Positions 45,608-56,702 of a DNA stretch of 64,000 nt are shown piece after piece (position 1 is the first letter of the stretch; each line of letters starts with the position of its first letter). Position numbers and translations under genes: made by a program. This stretch comes from Schizochytrium sp. TIO01 (taxonomy: Eukaryota > Protista > Bigyra: Labyrinthulomycetes). Where the stretch lies: NCBI GenBank assembly GCA_004764695.1, contig SMSO01000036.1, positions 1,240,001 through 1,304,000 on the forward strand, read 5' to 3'. Under the pieces are notes generated by a model. The model was not told the DNA's origin and searched no databases. It worked only from the letters and a program-made list of their open reading frames with translations.

Positions 45608-48600
45608 AATAACATAAAACAATTAATAAATTCTAATTTTAAATGGTTATTTATAAAATAAAGTGAACTAACTGTTTACATACTATCTTATTCCCATATC
45701 TGTTATTTAGCTTTTTGCTTTCTTCTTTTTAAAAGTAAAAGTTAGAAGAAAAAAACTATTAAAAAAATACTAATATTAAAAAAGATAAACCACTTTATTC
45801 ATTACTTATGTGAGAAATAAAATCATTGCTCTTTAAAAGTTGACGATCAACAGATTTGGTCCCATCACCCCAAACTATCACCCCCTCTATGTTCGTGCAT
45901 GTTCCAAGTAGCATGAGTAATAAGAGAACTGATAAGTAGAGAACAATGTCACTTTGCTAGTTCTTGTTTGTTGAACCAAACTGTGACCTAGTAAACTTGC
46001 CCACTCGTATTATTTGTCCTTAAAAGAAGCAATCGATAGGGGACGTGAAAGTCTCTGTGGGGAGCGGAGCAGGTGCATGATTAAACTCCGATGCTCTTGC
46101 GCAGTTCACTCTACCAGGTACAAATGTAACACAAAGACGGCCGAAGTTCTGCTCTATTTGGATCACTACTAGTCTCAAGGAAAGGACGCTACGAACTCCT
46201 GAAACAAAATAGGGAATGTTCCGTTGGGAAATGTGTAAATTTACGGCTAACAGAAGCAAGGTTTCTCTTAAATATTGTTGGCATCCATATGTATTATATT
46301 TCATTTTTAAAAAATAACTTTCGAAGTTTAAAAAAAAAAATTAACCTACAGGAGGGTATAAATATATTTAAAAGTTGACACCATCTGTTGGTAAGGGATA
46401 CGAGGTAAGTTTAGACTTTGGCTATATGCTAATTCCCGGTCTTGCATGGACAGTTGATCAATTGACCTGGCCAAGCTTGCCTTGAGAAAAGACGTTTGCT
46501 GGTTGAAAAGTCAAACAGAGACTTCAGATCTGTGCTGCGCAACTTGACAGATGCGCTAGCACATGGTTCTTGCATGTTCTTGTAATGTCTCTATATGTCG
46601 ATGAATTATATTTTAAAATCTGTAAGCCCTTCAGATCGAAACATCAGGAATGGAGGATCAACTAATTGATACTTTTATTGAATAGATATCGCGTGCCATG
46701 ACCGTACATTGAAAAGATGATAATATGGAGCGATAGATAAGCTTCATTCTCGATATGACATTGTATCGATAGAAGGTCAATGTAAATTATTTAAATATTT
46801 CTGTCAAACTATTGTATGATTGAAAAATGGTCATAAAGTCATTTTATTATAGCACATTATTGCATACAAAAGTCGAGTAAGCCTCTATATGCACCATCTA
46901 CTGCTCTAATGCACCTTTTCATTCTCGCCATGATGTCATCTGTCAGCTTCAGAAAATTTAAGCGAACTCGGCATAGGAGAATAATTCTTAACCTTAGGTA
47001 TTCTCTGTTCGATCCATTTAAAACAGCTGATTTTTTTTGTTATAGACTAGCTGCTGATTTTAACAGTAATGATTGCATAATCTTGATAGAGTGCGTTTGT
47101 AACTATTAATCATTAGTTCACAGCAAATCGAGTTCGAAATAGACCATACTATTCATGCGCTGGAAGAGTGTTATTGCGAAAAATCTAGCAGGTAACTATA
47201 AACTCGTTTTGATGACTTCAAATAGCTAGTATATTCGAAAGACCGCAAATTGGTGGTACTTTAGTTCAAAACATGACTTGTACCTTTGCAAAACAGAATT
47301 TTTAAAATTACATACGGGATTAGTATCCAGTCAAATTTATCTCTAATGTAAGATCAAACAGTATCAAAAGTCTGAAAAGTGACTTATACAGACTTAAAGA
47401 ACTTGGGGAGCGGTACAAGAGAGTGTTGGCCGTTTTAGTAGGTTTTGCAAGTAGCGCAGCGGCTTAGAACCTAAACAAAGCTTGACTCATTCGCACGAAT
47501 ACACGCAGATAAATAAGAACAAACACCTCAAGCTATATCAGCAGGATATTACATCCATTTTCAAGATGTTTTGTGGGTCCAAAACTCGTGAAATTCATGT
47601 GTATGCTTCGAAATATGATCAAGAACTCGTCCGTCATATTGAAATTAGGCATCTTACCAAATAATCTCAATCATGTCGTGCTCTGAATACAGAGCATTTT
47701 TGATAAACTCTTATGACAACTTTTAAAGTCAATTTTCTTTTAGATTTTTCGCAAAGGGCTTTATCAGAGACATACATCTGTTCAGTTTTACTGAAAATCG
47801 CAAATCTTTACCAATTATATTTTGGCTTTGATTGTATGGTTGGGTATTCTCTTCTTCTTTATTTCTTTTGATCTGCCCGATGCTGATCTCTGAGACGGCT
47901 CGCTTAACTTGACAATAAAACACAAGGCAAGTGCACCTCAAAGCTGTTCAGGGGTTCTGCACGCGGGAAAGCTGTCGAGCTCGGGTGCAGCCAAGACGGA
48001 GCAATCCAGGAATAGCTGACTGCATTGAGCTCGACTCTCTCAATGAGACTCTACGTTTCTTATCTGGAGATCATGGGTCTTGTGGCACTCTCATATCCTA
48101 TTCTATCTGGGTGAAAGAAAGGTCATTCTAGCGCCCAAGATGCTGCAATTGGCAACTACGAATCTTTCAATACTGACGATCCGTCGCTTTCCTCAGTAAG
48201 TTCAGTACTCCTGGTCTTTTCCTCTGTTGTCTTTAGCGATGAGGCTAGCAGCATGAACATGCAGACCAAAAGTAAACAAATCAATTTCCTTGAACCTCAC
48301 TCTCGCATGTGATTATAGCTTTCCCATAAATTTTATAAATTGAAGCTCCTGGAGTAGATTACAAGATTGAATTCCACCTTTCGGGTTTCTTCCTTTTTCA
48401 AAGAAAAGTATTCATATCTTTGGGCTCATGTTCCTATTATATTGTATTGCTCTCATGTATATAGGTCAATCCTAGTGTAATGAATCCTAGAAGCAGAAAT
48501 GTAAGGCTGCATGTTTATATTTTATTTCAAGAAAAAAAGACTTCAGTTCTTGGACTGAAGCTCCACTGTATAATTGCAAAAGAAATTAATAAATTCTCTG

Positions 48601-48743
48601 TAAATCCATAAGCTTTGTTTCACGCTGAGCTACAATTAGCATTACGTGCGAGTGCACTTATTAAGTGGAATAACTTAGACATTGTTCTCTAATAAATAAT
48701 ACAACAGTATACCATTAAATCACCCTTCATCCATTCATTCGTA

Positions 48744-49769
48744 TCACGATTGGAACTCTGCGAGATTATCACTCCGTCTAATATTATTGTTTGTGTATGA
48801 CCTGGATAACATCTTGATACTTCGAACTAAAGAATCGGTCATCTTAGTTCGGGGAACAACAGAACTGGATGAAGCTTTCCATACTGGTTGTGTAAGTTTC
48901 AGTGCTGCCAGCAAATTTGCGGAAGTTTCAAATGGACCCAAACTCCAATCTAACATATATATAGCCCCATTATGACTCTTACTCAATTCAAGGATGGTTC
49001 TTGCAACCATCACTATCGACATAAAGACGAGCGTTGTACACAAAGACAACGACCCCCACAAGAAATTTCGCCGAGCGATACGCATTAACCTTTTGCTACT
49101 TTGTGCTGTTGCTGTATGCTCAGAGAGAAACTTAGCTTCTTTTCGGAGCGGTCCAATAAAATGAATTAGGAAGGATGTACCGAGAAGAAATTCAACCATA
49201 AGAACAACTATGCTGCCCCACCAGGGATATGTATGAGTACAGACCCCATTGGGTAGCAGAATCCCGCGGAGTAGAATATAATTTCCGCCAACACTAATGA
49301 GAGTAATGTAGGTGCATATTCTAGCAATGTATAGAGATATATCCATAGCTCTCGAAGTATTTATGTTCTTTGTGACTAAATTCGACCTTTGCAGAAATAT
49401 TAAATTAGAAAATGCGTGTGATGAAATGTACAGGGTACCAGGCATCGACCCAAGGAATGAGCACCATCGCCAGTTTTCCGTTTCAATAGTTACCATACCG
49501 AGAAGCATCATGAAGAAATTAGAAGAAGTATTTGCGATGATGTGTATTAGTAGCAGTTTAAAAAGATACTGCTGGGTAGAAGTTCTCCGCACAAAGCGAC
49601 TGTGATACACGACATAGAGCAGAGCTATAATGCTCCACAAAAAAGCCATACACCCAGCAACCGCCTGCACTTTTCTTAGATGATAAAATGATACAGACGC
49701 GACGAAGCCATCATTATCAATCACAGTTGAGGATTGGCTTCTTCTAATCACTCGGTCGTAAAAGCTCAT
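48744..49769 (-). CDS. 7-TM GPCR-like receptor, array copy 6 (subfamily B)
   Basis: 341 aa. WRWC, HAFSNLIFLQR, LLPNGVCTHTYPWW, RNFLWG, DWSLGPFETSAN. Confidence 0.8.
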   Translation of the reverse strand: MSFYDRVIRRSQSSTVIDNDGFVASVSFYHLRKVQAVAGCMAFLWSIIALLYVVYHSRFVRRTSTQQYLFKLLLIHIIANTSSNFFMMLLGMVTIETENWRWCSFLGSMPGTLYISSHAFSNLIFLQRSNLVTKNINTSRAMDISLYIARICTYITLISVGGNYILLRGILLPNGVCTHTYPWWGSIVVLMVEFLLGTSFLIHFIGPLRKEAKFLSEHTATAQSSKRLMRIARRNFLWGSLSLCTTLVFMSIVMVARTILELSKSHNGAIYMLDWSLGPFETSANLLAALKLTQPVWKASSSSVVPRTKMTDSLVRSIKMLSRSYTNNNIRRSDNLAEFQS

Positions 49770-50569
49770 TGGTCAACTAGATCATATTATGCCAGTGCGG
49801 TTAGGCAAAGCGTTGCCTTCCTCATTCAACTAACCTAGGTTTGCGAGGGTTCTAAATGTGCTCGAGCCCAGGTCTTGATTGGGTAATTAATCCGACCATG
49901 CCTTGCAAGGTCAGTTTCTCAGCTCTGTGATGTGGGGGCGAGTGTAGAAACTACTAGCACAACAAGAAGAGATCCGTTGGATTGAACCTGTTATATTCCA
50001 AAAATAACTCAAAGAATGACCTCTTTAACAGACGACAGAAGTTGTAGTGTCAAGTTGATCCTTAGATTTAATGCATTTTACTCTCCGATGTGCCCAATTT
50101 TAAAACTACAAACTACAAACTGCAAGCTGTAAAAAAAACTTCAAACCTGAATTAAGCCCATTATAGGCGTTTTCTTGTGAAGGCGAATACCACAAACGCT
50201 TAAGATAATTACTATACAGCTCCTAGTATAGTGAACAAAATTGTTTGAAAGGAGATCCCTTTGAGCACAAATAAATAGAAAACCTCAGTTATAATACCGA
50301 CTATCTTTTTTGGACTTTGAGAAAATATCCAAGATCTGCACTAGAGGCCGTTCCACGCAGGTTCACACCAAACGCTTCAACACATAATTGCAAATGAGGT
50401 TTCAGCAAGTGATATTTATATTATGTACTCTCGCGAGGTGATCAAGGAAAACCAATTACAACTCAACAAAAAGGTTAATCTATTTTGAACTTGAACTAAG
50501 AAGATTGAAATAATAGTTGATAACTCAATATACATTGGAGGAAAAACACCGTTCCTGAATAAATCTATA

Positions 50570-51736
50570 TTACTGAATAGCCTTGATAGAGGGTGCCCTA
50601 GAAGTTAATAGCGAACTAGATTTTTTAATTGATTGACCAGACCTAATTTGCGATGGTCCTGACAATGCTCTTGCGGTTGATTGCCGATTCGGTTGCCAAT
50701 TCAAACTTGATGGAAGCTGGGAAGATCTACGCAAGTCATTGTTTGTATTGCTTCTTGGGAAGAAGCTTAAACGTTGCAATACATGGTGATTCTCGCTGCT
50801 GCTGCTTTTATAACCGCGAGATAAAATCTTATTATTTCTTCTCCAGACAGGAGCTGTAAGTTGTAGCGCTGCTAACAAATTAGCCGATGTTTCGATAGGT
50901 CCAAACGCCCAATCTAACATATAAACTGCATATACCTCATCATTGTTTGTCTCGAGTACAATTCTTGCAATAATTACTATCCAAATAAAGCAAAATGTGG
51001 TTGCCAATGAAATAGAACCCCAGTACAGGTTCTTTTTTGCAATCTTCATAAGCTTTAAACTGCTTTCGGCAGTCGCTGCATGTTCAGAGAGAAATTTTGC
51101 TTGTGCTCGAACGGGCTCAACAAAAAGAATCAAAAATGCTGTGGCAAGTGACAGGTCACCAACTAAAACCACAATAGCGGCCCACCATGGATAAGTGTGT
51201 GTGCAGACATTATTTGGAAGTAGCATGCCGCGAAGAAATACATAGCATGCTCCAACCACTAGAAGCATAGCATACGTTCCAAACGTAGTAATTCTAAGAG
51301 TGTTTCTCAATGTTATTGAACCTTGCATATTCTTGGTCACTACCTTCGATCTTTGTAGAAAGATTAAATTTGAAAATGCATGTGAAGTCACGTAAGCTGG
51401 TCCTGGCATTGAACCTAGAAAGGAGCATAGCTGCCAATGTTTCGGATATATATAGACTGTGCCCAGAAGCATCATATGAAAGTTTGAAATAATATTTGCT
51501 GCAACATGTGCCAGTAGAAGCTTAAATAAGTAGCTTTGTGCCGGAGTTCTCTTCACATGCTGACTTTGGAACAAGACGTATGCTAATGCAAGAAGTCCAA
51601 GAACAAACGCAAGTGTTCCACCGGCCGCTTGCATTGCTCTTAAGCTCACGAAAGCTTCTGTTTCAACAAAACCATCATCAACCAAGACTGTAGTTTCTTT
51701 TGATCTCTTTATGACGGAATTAAAATAATTGCCCAT
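50570..51736 (-). CDS. 7-TM GPCR-like receptor, array copy 7 (subfamily B, long Ser-rich tail)
   Basis: 388 aa. WQLC, HAFSNLIFLQR, LLPNNVCTHTYPWW, KNLYWG, DWAFGPIETSAN. Confidence 0.8.
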   Translation of the reverse strand: MGNYFNSVIKRSKETTVLVDDGFVETEAFVSLRAMQAAGGTLAFVLGLLALAYVLFQSQHVKRTPAQSYLFKLLLAHVAANIISNFHMMLLGTVYIYPKHWQLCSFLGSMPGPAYVTSHAFSNLIFLQRSKVVTKNMQGSITLRNTLRITTFGTYAMLLVVGACYVFLRGMLLPNNVCTHTYPWWAAIVVLVGDLSLATAFLILFVEPVRAQAKFLSEHAATAESSLKLMKIAKKNLYWGSISLATTFCFIWIVIIARIVLETNNDEVYAVYMLDWAFGPIETSANLLAALQLTAPVWRRNNKILSRGYKSSSSENHHVLQRLSFFPRSNTNNDLRRSSQLPSSLNWQPNRQSTARALSGPSQIRSGQSIKKSSSLLTSRAPSIKAIQ

Positions 51737-53183
51737 TTGTCTTTCGAAATATTGATTGTACTACACAAAACGCATTTAGGCAAACTGGATCAGGTCTCGC
51801 AAGCAATGGGTGCCTCAGGCGTACTGTTTCTGGTTCGCAGTAGTTTGCAAATGTAAATGTATGTGAAGTGGAAGACTGCCACTAATACCTGGCAGAAGTA
51901 CGTGTTAGATAGGGCAAGTGCCCAACCTATGCTCTATACTTTGAACTGTGACCATTTCAATTCTGCATTCGTTCCTTGTCAGGCATTCCAGACAGTGCCA
52001 AGCTACCAAGTTATATTACCTTAGTTCCTAAATATATCAGATGGTCAACAAGTAGAAAGGAAGCACATTGCACCTTTACTGTAAGGGTATGTAATAAAAA
52101 ATAATGTTACTGTTGAGCTTGATTCTCACATTCACTTGAAGCACACTAAGAACAATTTTCGTGTTATTTTGTTTTTGGTTGTTTCACGTACTGAGGTAAC
52201 TTATGAGCCAAACTGGCCGGGTTGAACGGAGTTGTGTCTCTATTCGGTACCGCTTGAACCGTGTCGAGATTTGCAGTATATAGATATAGACCGGGGAGAA
52301 CTTCGTACTTCTTCATGATTTTGTCCGTTGAAATCTCCTCACGGAAGAAGTGCTTCATTAATTCCATGGAATAGACATTTGTTAGGAAGGAAGCTTTTCG
52401 AAGATCAGCATGTAATGATCACATGAAGAGTATTGTGAACTGTGTATTCAGCAAATGAAGTAATGTCCTTATTTTCATCACTCTTGGTATATAGGCCTGC
52501 TTCTCGTTTTTCTTTTCTTTTTCAATAGAGTAAAAACTTTTCATGAAAATATAGTTAGAAGTTATATAAGGAATTATTATTAAAAGTTTGGGGGACATGT
52601 GACGATCTATTGCTTAGTCTAAGAGGGCTCTTGCTGCACTAGTATAATTAAATGCATACATCATGACCAGGGAACGCATAGCTATCTAAACTCTGTTTGT
52701 CCCATGTCGTAAAAAAATCATGTCATCTTGCCCACAAATTTTATCTGATAAAGTACTTCTCATGAATAGAACCTCTGAAAGTGAATGATGTGATTGATAC
52801 ATGAAACAAGACCATGGTTTGGACACATTGGCTTTACTAAATCATACAAAGGTAGACTAGTCTTTATCTTATTCTCAATTGAAATCTTGAAATGTAGATA
52901 GAAACTACTACGAAACGTGCATAGACAGAATATCTCAAGATTCATCAACTTTGCAATTTAAAGCGTGTCAGGAGCCTTCACACAGAGAAAACAATAAATA
53001 AACTTAGTAACTGTGGCAGGATATTCACAAATGCACGGATCATACCATACCAAATAGACTCAGACTCAGTTTATATGCCTAGGCTGAAAAACTGAAATGA
53101 CGACACTAAATAAGCGTCATTTCAAGAATATCAAGATTTGTGGTGTATATCAAGACTGGTAGATTCGTCCTGAAATACCATTG

Positions 53184-54260
53184 TTATGAGCCTATCGATG
53201 CGGAACCGCGAATCACCGTACTTAGTTTTCGAGGTTCATTCTCATTTTTGGCAGCAGAGCTATGATGAGCTAGAGAGCTTCGAACAAAGTTGTAATTACT
53301 TTTGGTTGCATAGCTTCCACTACGACTCTGAGTCGAACGGGGCAGAAGTTTATGATATTGCCTTTTCCAAACTGGTGCGGTTAAATTTAATGCAGCCACA
53401 AGATTGGCAGTTGTTTCAAGCGGACCGAATGCCCAGTCTAGCATGTAAACTGCATAGACTCCGCCACTTGAGTTTAGTGCGAGGGTTATCCTTGCTAATA
53501 TCACTATCATCGTGAAACAAAAGGTTGTTCCTAGAGAAAATGAACCCCAGCGTAAGTTTTTGCGGGCAACATTCATGAGCTTCATGCTACTATCAGCCAT
53601 TGCTGCATGCTCTGAGAGAAACTTGGCCTGCTGTCGCAAAGGCTCCACAAAGAGGATAAGAAAGGCAAGCGATAGAGATAAATCCGTGATCAAGACAATT
53701 ATTGCACCCCACCATGGGTAGGTATGTGTACAGACTCCATTAGGAAGCAGCTTTCCACGAAGGAAAACATAAATTGCTCCAGCAACAAACAACATGATAT
53801 ATGTGCCCATTGTGGCGAGTTTCAAAGTGATATCCATAATCTTTGAGGTATGCATATTTTTTGTAACTATCCGAGATCTTTGCAGGAAAATTAAATTTGA
53901 GAAAGCGTGTGATGTGACGTAAATTGGACCTGGCATGGACCCCAGGAAAGAGCATAACCTCCAATGATCAGGATCTATTTGTATAGTGCCAAGAAGCATC
54001 ATGTGAAAATTAGATACAATGTTTGCTGACACGTGCAGAATTAGCAGTTTGTATAGAAGGTTTTGAGTAGAAGTTCGCTTCACAAAGCGACCTTGGTAAA
54101 CCACAAGGACCATGGCACTAACCCCAGCCAAGAAGGCAAGCATTCCCCCAACTGCTTGCATTTTCCGCAGCAAGAGAAAAGCTGTGTTTTCCACGAAATA
54201 TTCATCTTCAACGACAGTTGTTTCTCGCGATCGTTTGACAACAGTCTGATAAAAGTCCAT
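53184..54260 (-). CDS. 7-TM GPCR-like receptor, array copy 8 (subfamily B)
   Basis: Start placed at ATG 54260 (MDFYQTVVKRSRETTV) by alignment with the paralog N-termini; 358 aa. WRLC, HAFSNLIFLQR, LLPNGVCTHTYPWW, DWAFGPLETTAN. Confidence 0.8.
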   Translation of the reverse strand: MDFYQTVVKRSRETTVVEDEYFVENTAFLLLRKMQAVGGMLAFLAGVSAMVLVVYQGRFVKRTSTQNLLYKLLILHVSANIVSNFHMMLLGTIQIDPDHWRLCSFLGSMPGPIYVTSHAFSNLIFLQRSRIVTKNMHTSKIMDITLKLATMGTYIMLFVAGAIYVFLRGKLLPNGVCTHTYPWWGAIIVLITDLSLSLAFLILFVEPLRQQAKFLSEHAAMADSSMKLMNVARKNLRWGSFSLGTTFCFTMIVILARITLALNSSGGVYAVYMLDWAFGPLETTANLVAALNLTAPVWKRQYHKLLPRSTQSRSGSYATKSNYNFVRSSLAHHSSAAKNENEPRKLSTVIRGSASIGS

Positions 54261-55298
54261 TGCACCTTGACCGAATCGCTTACTCTTTTGACTATGCAAC
54301 TATTTTGCATACTCCGAAGCTTCGCTCAACATGCGCTGTTATGACTCTCACGCACCCGGAGAAGGTAGAGATGATTCGCAAATGTTCACTAGTCCTGGAA
54401 CTTGGTTTCACAAGATGGTTTACACTTGCTGGAATGTTTGTCAAAGAACTACCTAATGTGAACTCTTAACTCAAAGCTACGATCTCTTAACTTTGTTGAG
54501 TTTGATCTGGTTTAAATTATGCCAAAAAAAATTGATTTACTATAGATTGTATTTTAATTTTTTAATTATATTTTTAATTTTTTCAATCATTCCGTTGGAC
54601 TTTTTGTCTTGAATCAGGGTTCAGATACGAACTTGACAAGAGTACTATGTTCCACATAGCGAACATTGAGGGGAGTGTGTATTGGAACATTACCTACTGG
54701 TAAATAGTGTGTATATACCTTTAAACCATGTGGGGAGCCGAAGTGAATAGGTTGTAGTGTCATCGTATATTGTATAAGGAAGTTTAATTGGATCAGACAG
54801 AAAGTAATTTGGATGTTTACGCCCTTGATTAAAAAACAAAAGTAAAAAAAGCATATATGATGTGAGATCTGAAAGGAAGAATAGCATCCACGGGTCCATG
54901 ATTTGTGTCTAGCTTCTTTATGCACTTAACCAAGCGCACGCTGAATTTTGTTATTGCAATGGTGAATATTTAAAGGCACGAAGTTGAAGCAACTTAGAAT
55001 TTAACGAAGACTGTGGCGTAGCTAAAGGTTTTGGGATCTATTAACGATATCCCATCTGAATCAAAACAAAATTTATGTTGTCAAAATCACCACTGGGTCC
55101 AGCTTAAAGCATTTATTGCATAATTGTCAGAGGTACTATTTTTCAAGTTTTAATAAGAGTAACTATTCGATGTGAAAATGTATCTCGTATAAAGTTTAAT
55201 ATATATAACCAAAGAGCCTCATGCTGTGTCATGCTTTGAATCCCACTCATTATAAACATGGCATTTCCTGCTCAGGAGTTGTCGAAGCTGTAGACGGT

Positions 55299-56384
55299 TT
55301 AATCAGCGGTACTCTGAGTTTTCCGGGAAGAATTGAATGTTGAAGTTACGGGAGCAGAAGGTAGAGCTGCTGATTGAGCATACCGCAATGAGATTCTGGA
55401 TTTGGAATAGGATCCATGATAAGTTCCATTCGGACCAAGGGCGGGGTTGATGATATTGCTGCGATATTTTAAAACAGAAATGTATGGTTGCTTCCATACT
55501 GGGCTTGTTAATTTTAAAGCGGCCAGAAGATTTGCTGAAGTTTCGAAAGGTGCAAATGACCAGTCAAGCATGTAAACTGCATATGATCTTTCATCTTGGA
55601 GCTCTAACACCATTCTTGCAACGATAACAATCATAATAAAGCAAAAGGTTGTGCAAAGAGAAAATCCACCCCAGCGGAGGTTCTTATAAGCAATCCGCAT
55701 AAGTTTCTCACTACTCTCTTTAGTAGCTTTATGTTCCGAAAGAAATTTTGCCTGTGCTCGTACAGGAGCAACAAAAACAACGAGGAACGCTGCTCCCAAA
55801 GACAAGTCAGCTATAAGAACTATAATTGCTCCCCACCAGGGATAGGTGTGGGTGCAGACATTGTTTGGCAGAAGCTCTCCTCGAAGGAAAAAGAAAATTA
55901 TACAAAGTACAACGAGAATTGCATATGTACCAATCGTTGCGAGATATAGCGTGACTTTTAGGCCTTTAGACATCAACATGTTCTTCGTGACAATTTTTGA
56001 TCTCTGTAGAAAGATCAAGTTCGAAAATGCGTGCGAAGCAATGTATGCTGGTCCTGCAATAGAACCCAACACAGAGCATAATGCCCATGCACTGGGTGAA
56101 ATGTTTATGTGTCCAAGGAGCATCATATGGAAATTGCATAAAATGTTGCAAGTAATATGCAGAAGCAAAAGTCTGAAGAGGTATTCTTGTGTCGCACTCC
56201 TTTTGACAAAGCGACTATGTAATATAACATAACATAAGGCTAGAACTCCAAACGTAAGGGAGAAAACTCCACCGATTGCTTGCATTTGTCTGAGCTTCAG
56301 AAAAGCATTTGTTTCTTTGAAATTAGGATCATCTAGTACCGTAGTTTCCCGAGTTCGCTTGACGACCGTCTCCCAGAACTCCAT
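55299..56384 (-). CDS. 7-TM GPCR-like receptor, array copy 9 (subfamily B)
   Basis: 361 aa. WALC, HAFSNLIFLQR, LLPNNVCTHTYPWW, KNLRWG, DWSFAPFETSAN. Confidence 0.8.
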   Translation of the reverse strand: MEFWETVVKRTRETTVLDDPNFKETNAFLKLRQMQAIGGVFSLTFGVLALCYVILHSRFVKRSATQEYLFRLLLLHITCNILCNFHMMLLGHINISPSAWALCSVLGSIAGPAYIASHAFSNLIFLQRSKIVTKNMLMSKGLKVTLYLATIGTYAILVVLCIIFFFLRGELLPNNVCTHTYPWWGAIIVLIADLSLGAAFLVVFVAPVRAQAKFLSEHKATKESSEKLMRIAYKNLRWGGFSLCTTFCFIMIVIVARMVLELQDERSYAVYMLDWSFAPFETSANLLAALKLTSPVWKQPYISVLKYRSNIINPALGPNGTYHGSYSKSRISLRYAQSAALPSAPVTSTFNSSRKTQSTAD

Positions 56385-56672
56385 GGCTTGTTGAGCACAC
56401 GTTGCAGGTAACTAACACAGCGTCAAAACTCCATCGAAATAAATATGTACCAAACGCATGTACTCGGAACTGCTAGTGCAAGAAATAATATCTGCGACCA
56501 ACTGGACCACGGAGTCACGCAGCACGTCCAATGCCACTAATCCGATTATAGCTATGCACCTTCTCTGACAAACTAGAGTTTTCTGACTTTGACATTGCAC
56601 TCCTCAATTCATCAAAGCAGCCAAAGTTGAGAAACTACGCTGTACCCCAGCAGGACAATACCCTAATCTAGT

Positions 56673-56702
56673 TAAACAATCTTAATGTAAACAATCTTAA
56701 TG
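56673..56702. repeat. Perfect 15-bp tandem duplication (TAAACAATCTTAATG)x2
   Basis: Read directly, ~290 bp upstream of receptor copy 9. Confidence 0.85.

Noticed and set aside
48541-48560. Small hairpins (CTTCAGT-N6-ACTGAAG here; GGTTCC-TTG-GGAACC at ~32995) as terminators
   Set aside because: Stems of 6-7 bp are expected by chance in 64 kb, intrinsic terminators are not relevant to Pol II genes, and they are not repeated behind other paralogs.
33657-56384. The 7-TM genes as microbial or animal rhodopsins
   Set aside because: No conserved mid-TM7 retinal-binding Lys (no DxxxK). The Lys near the end of TM7 in some copies is S, N or Q in others.
33657-56384. The 7-TM genes as PAQR/CREST-type hydrolases
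   Set aside because: Although conserved His residues exist, the SxxxH and TM7 HxxxH motifs of that superfamily are absent, and the Cys pair and TM3 Arg fit a GPCR-like layout better.
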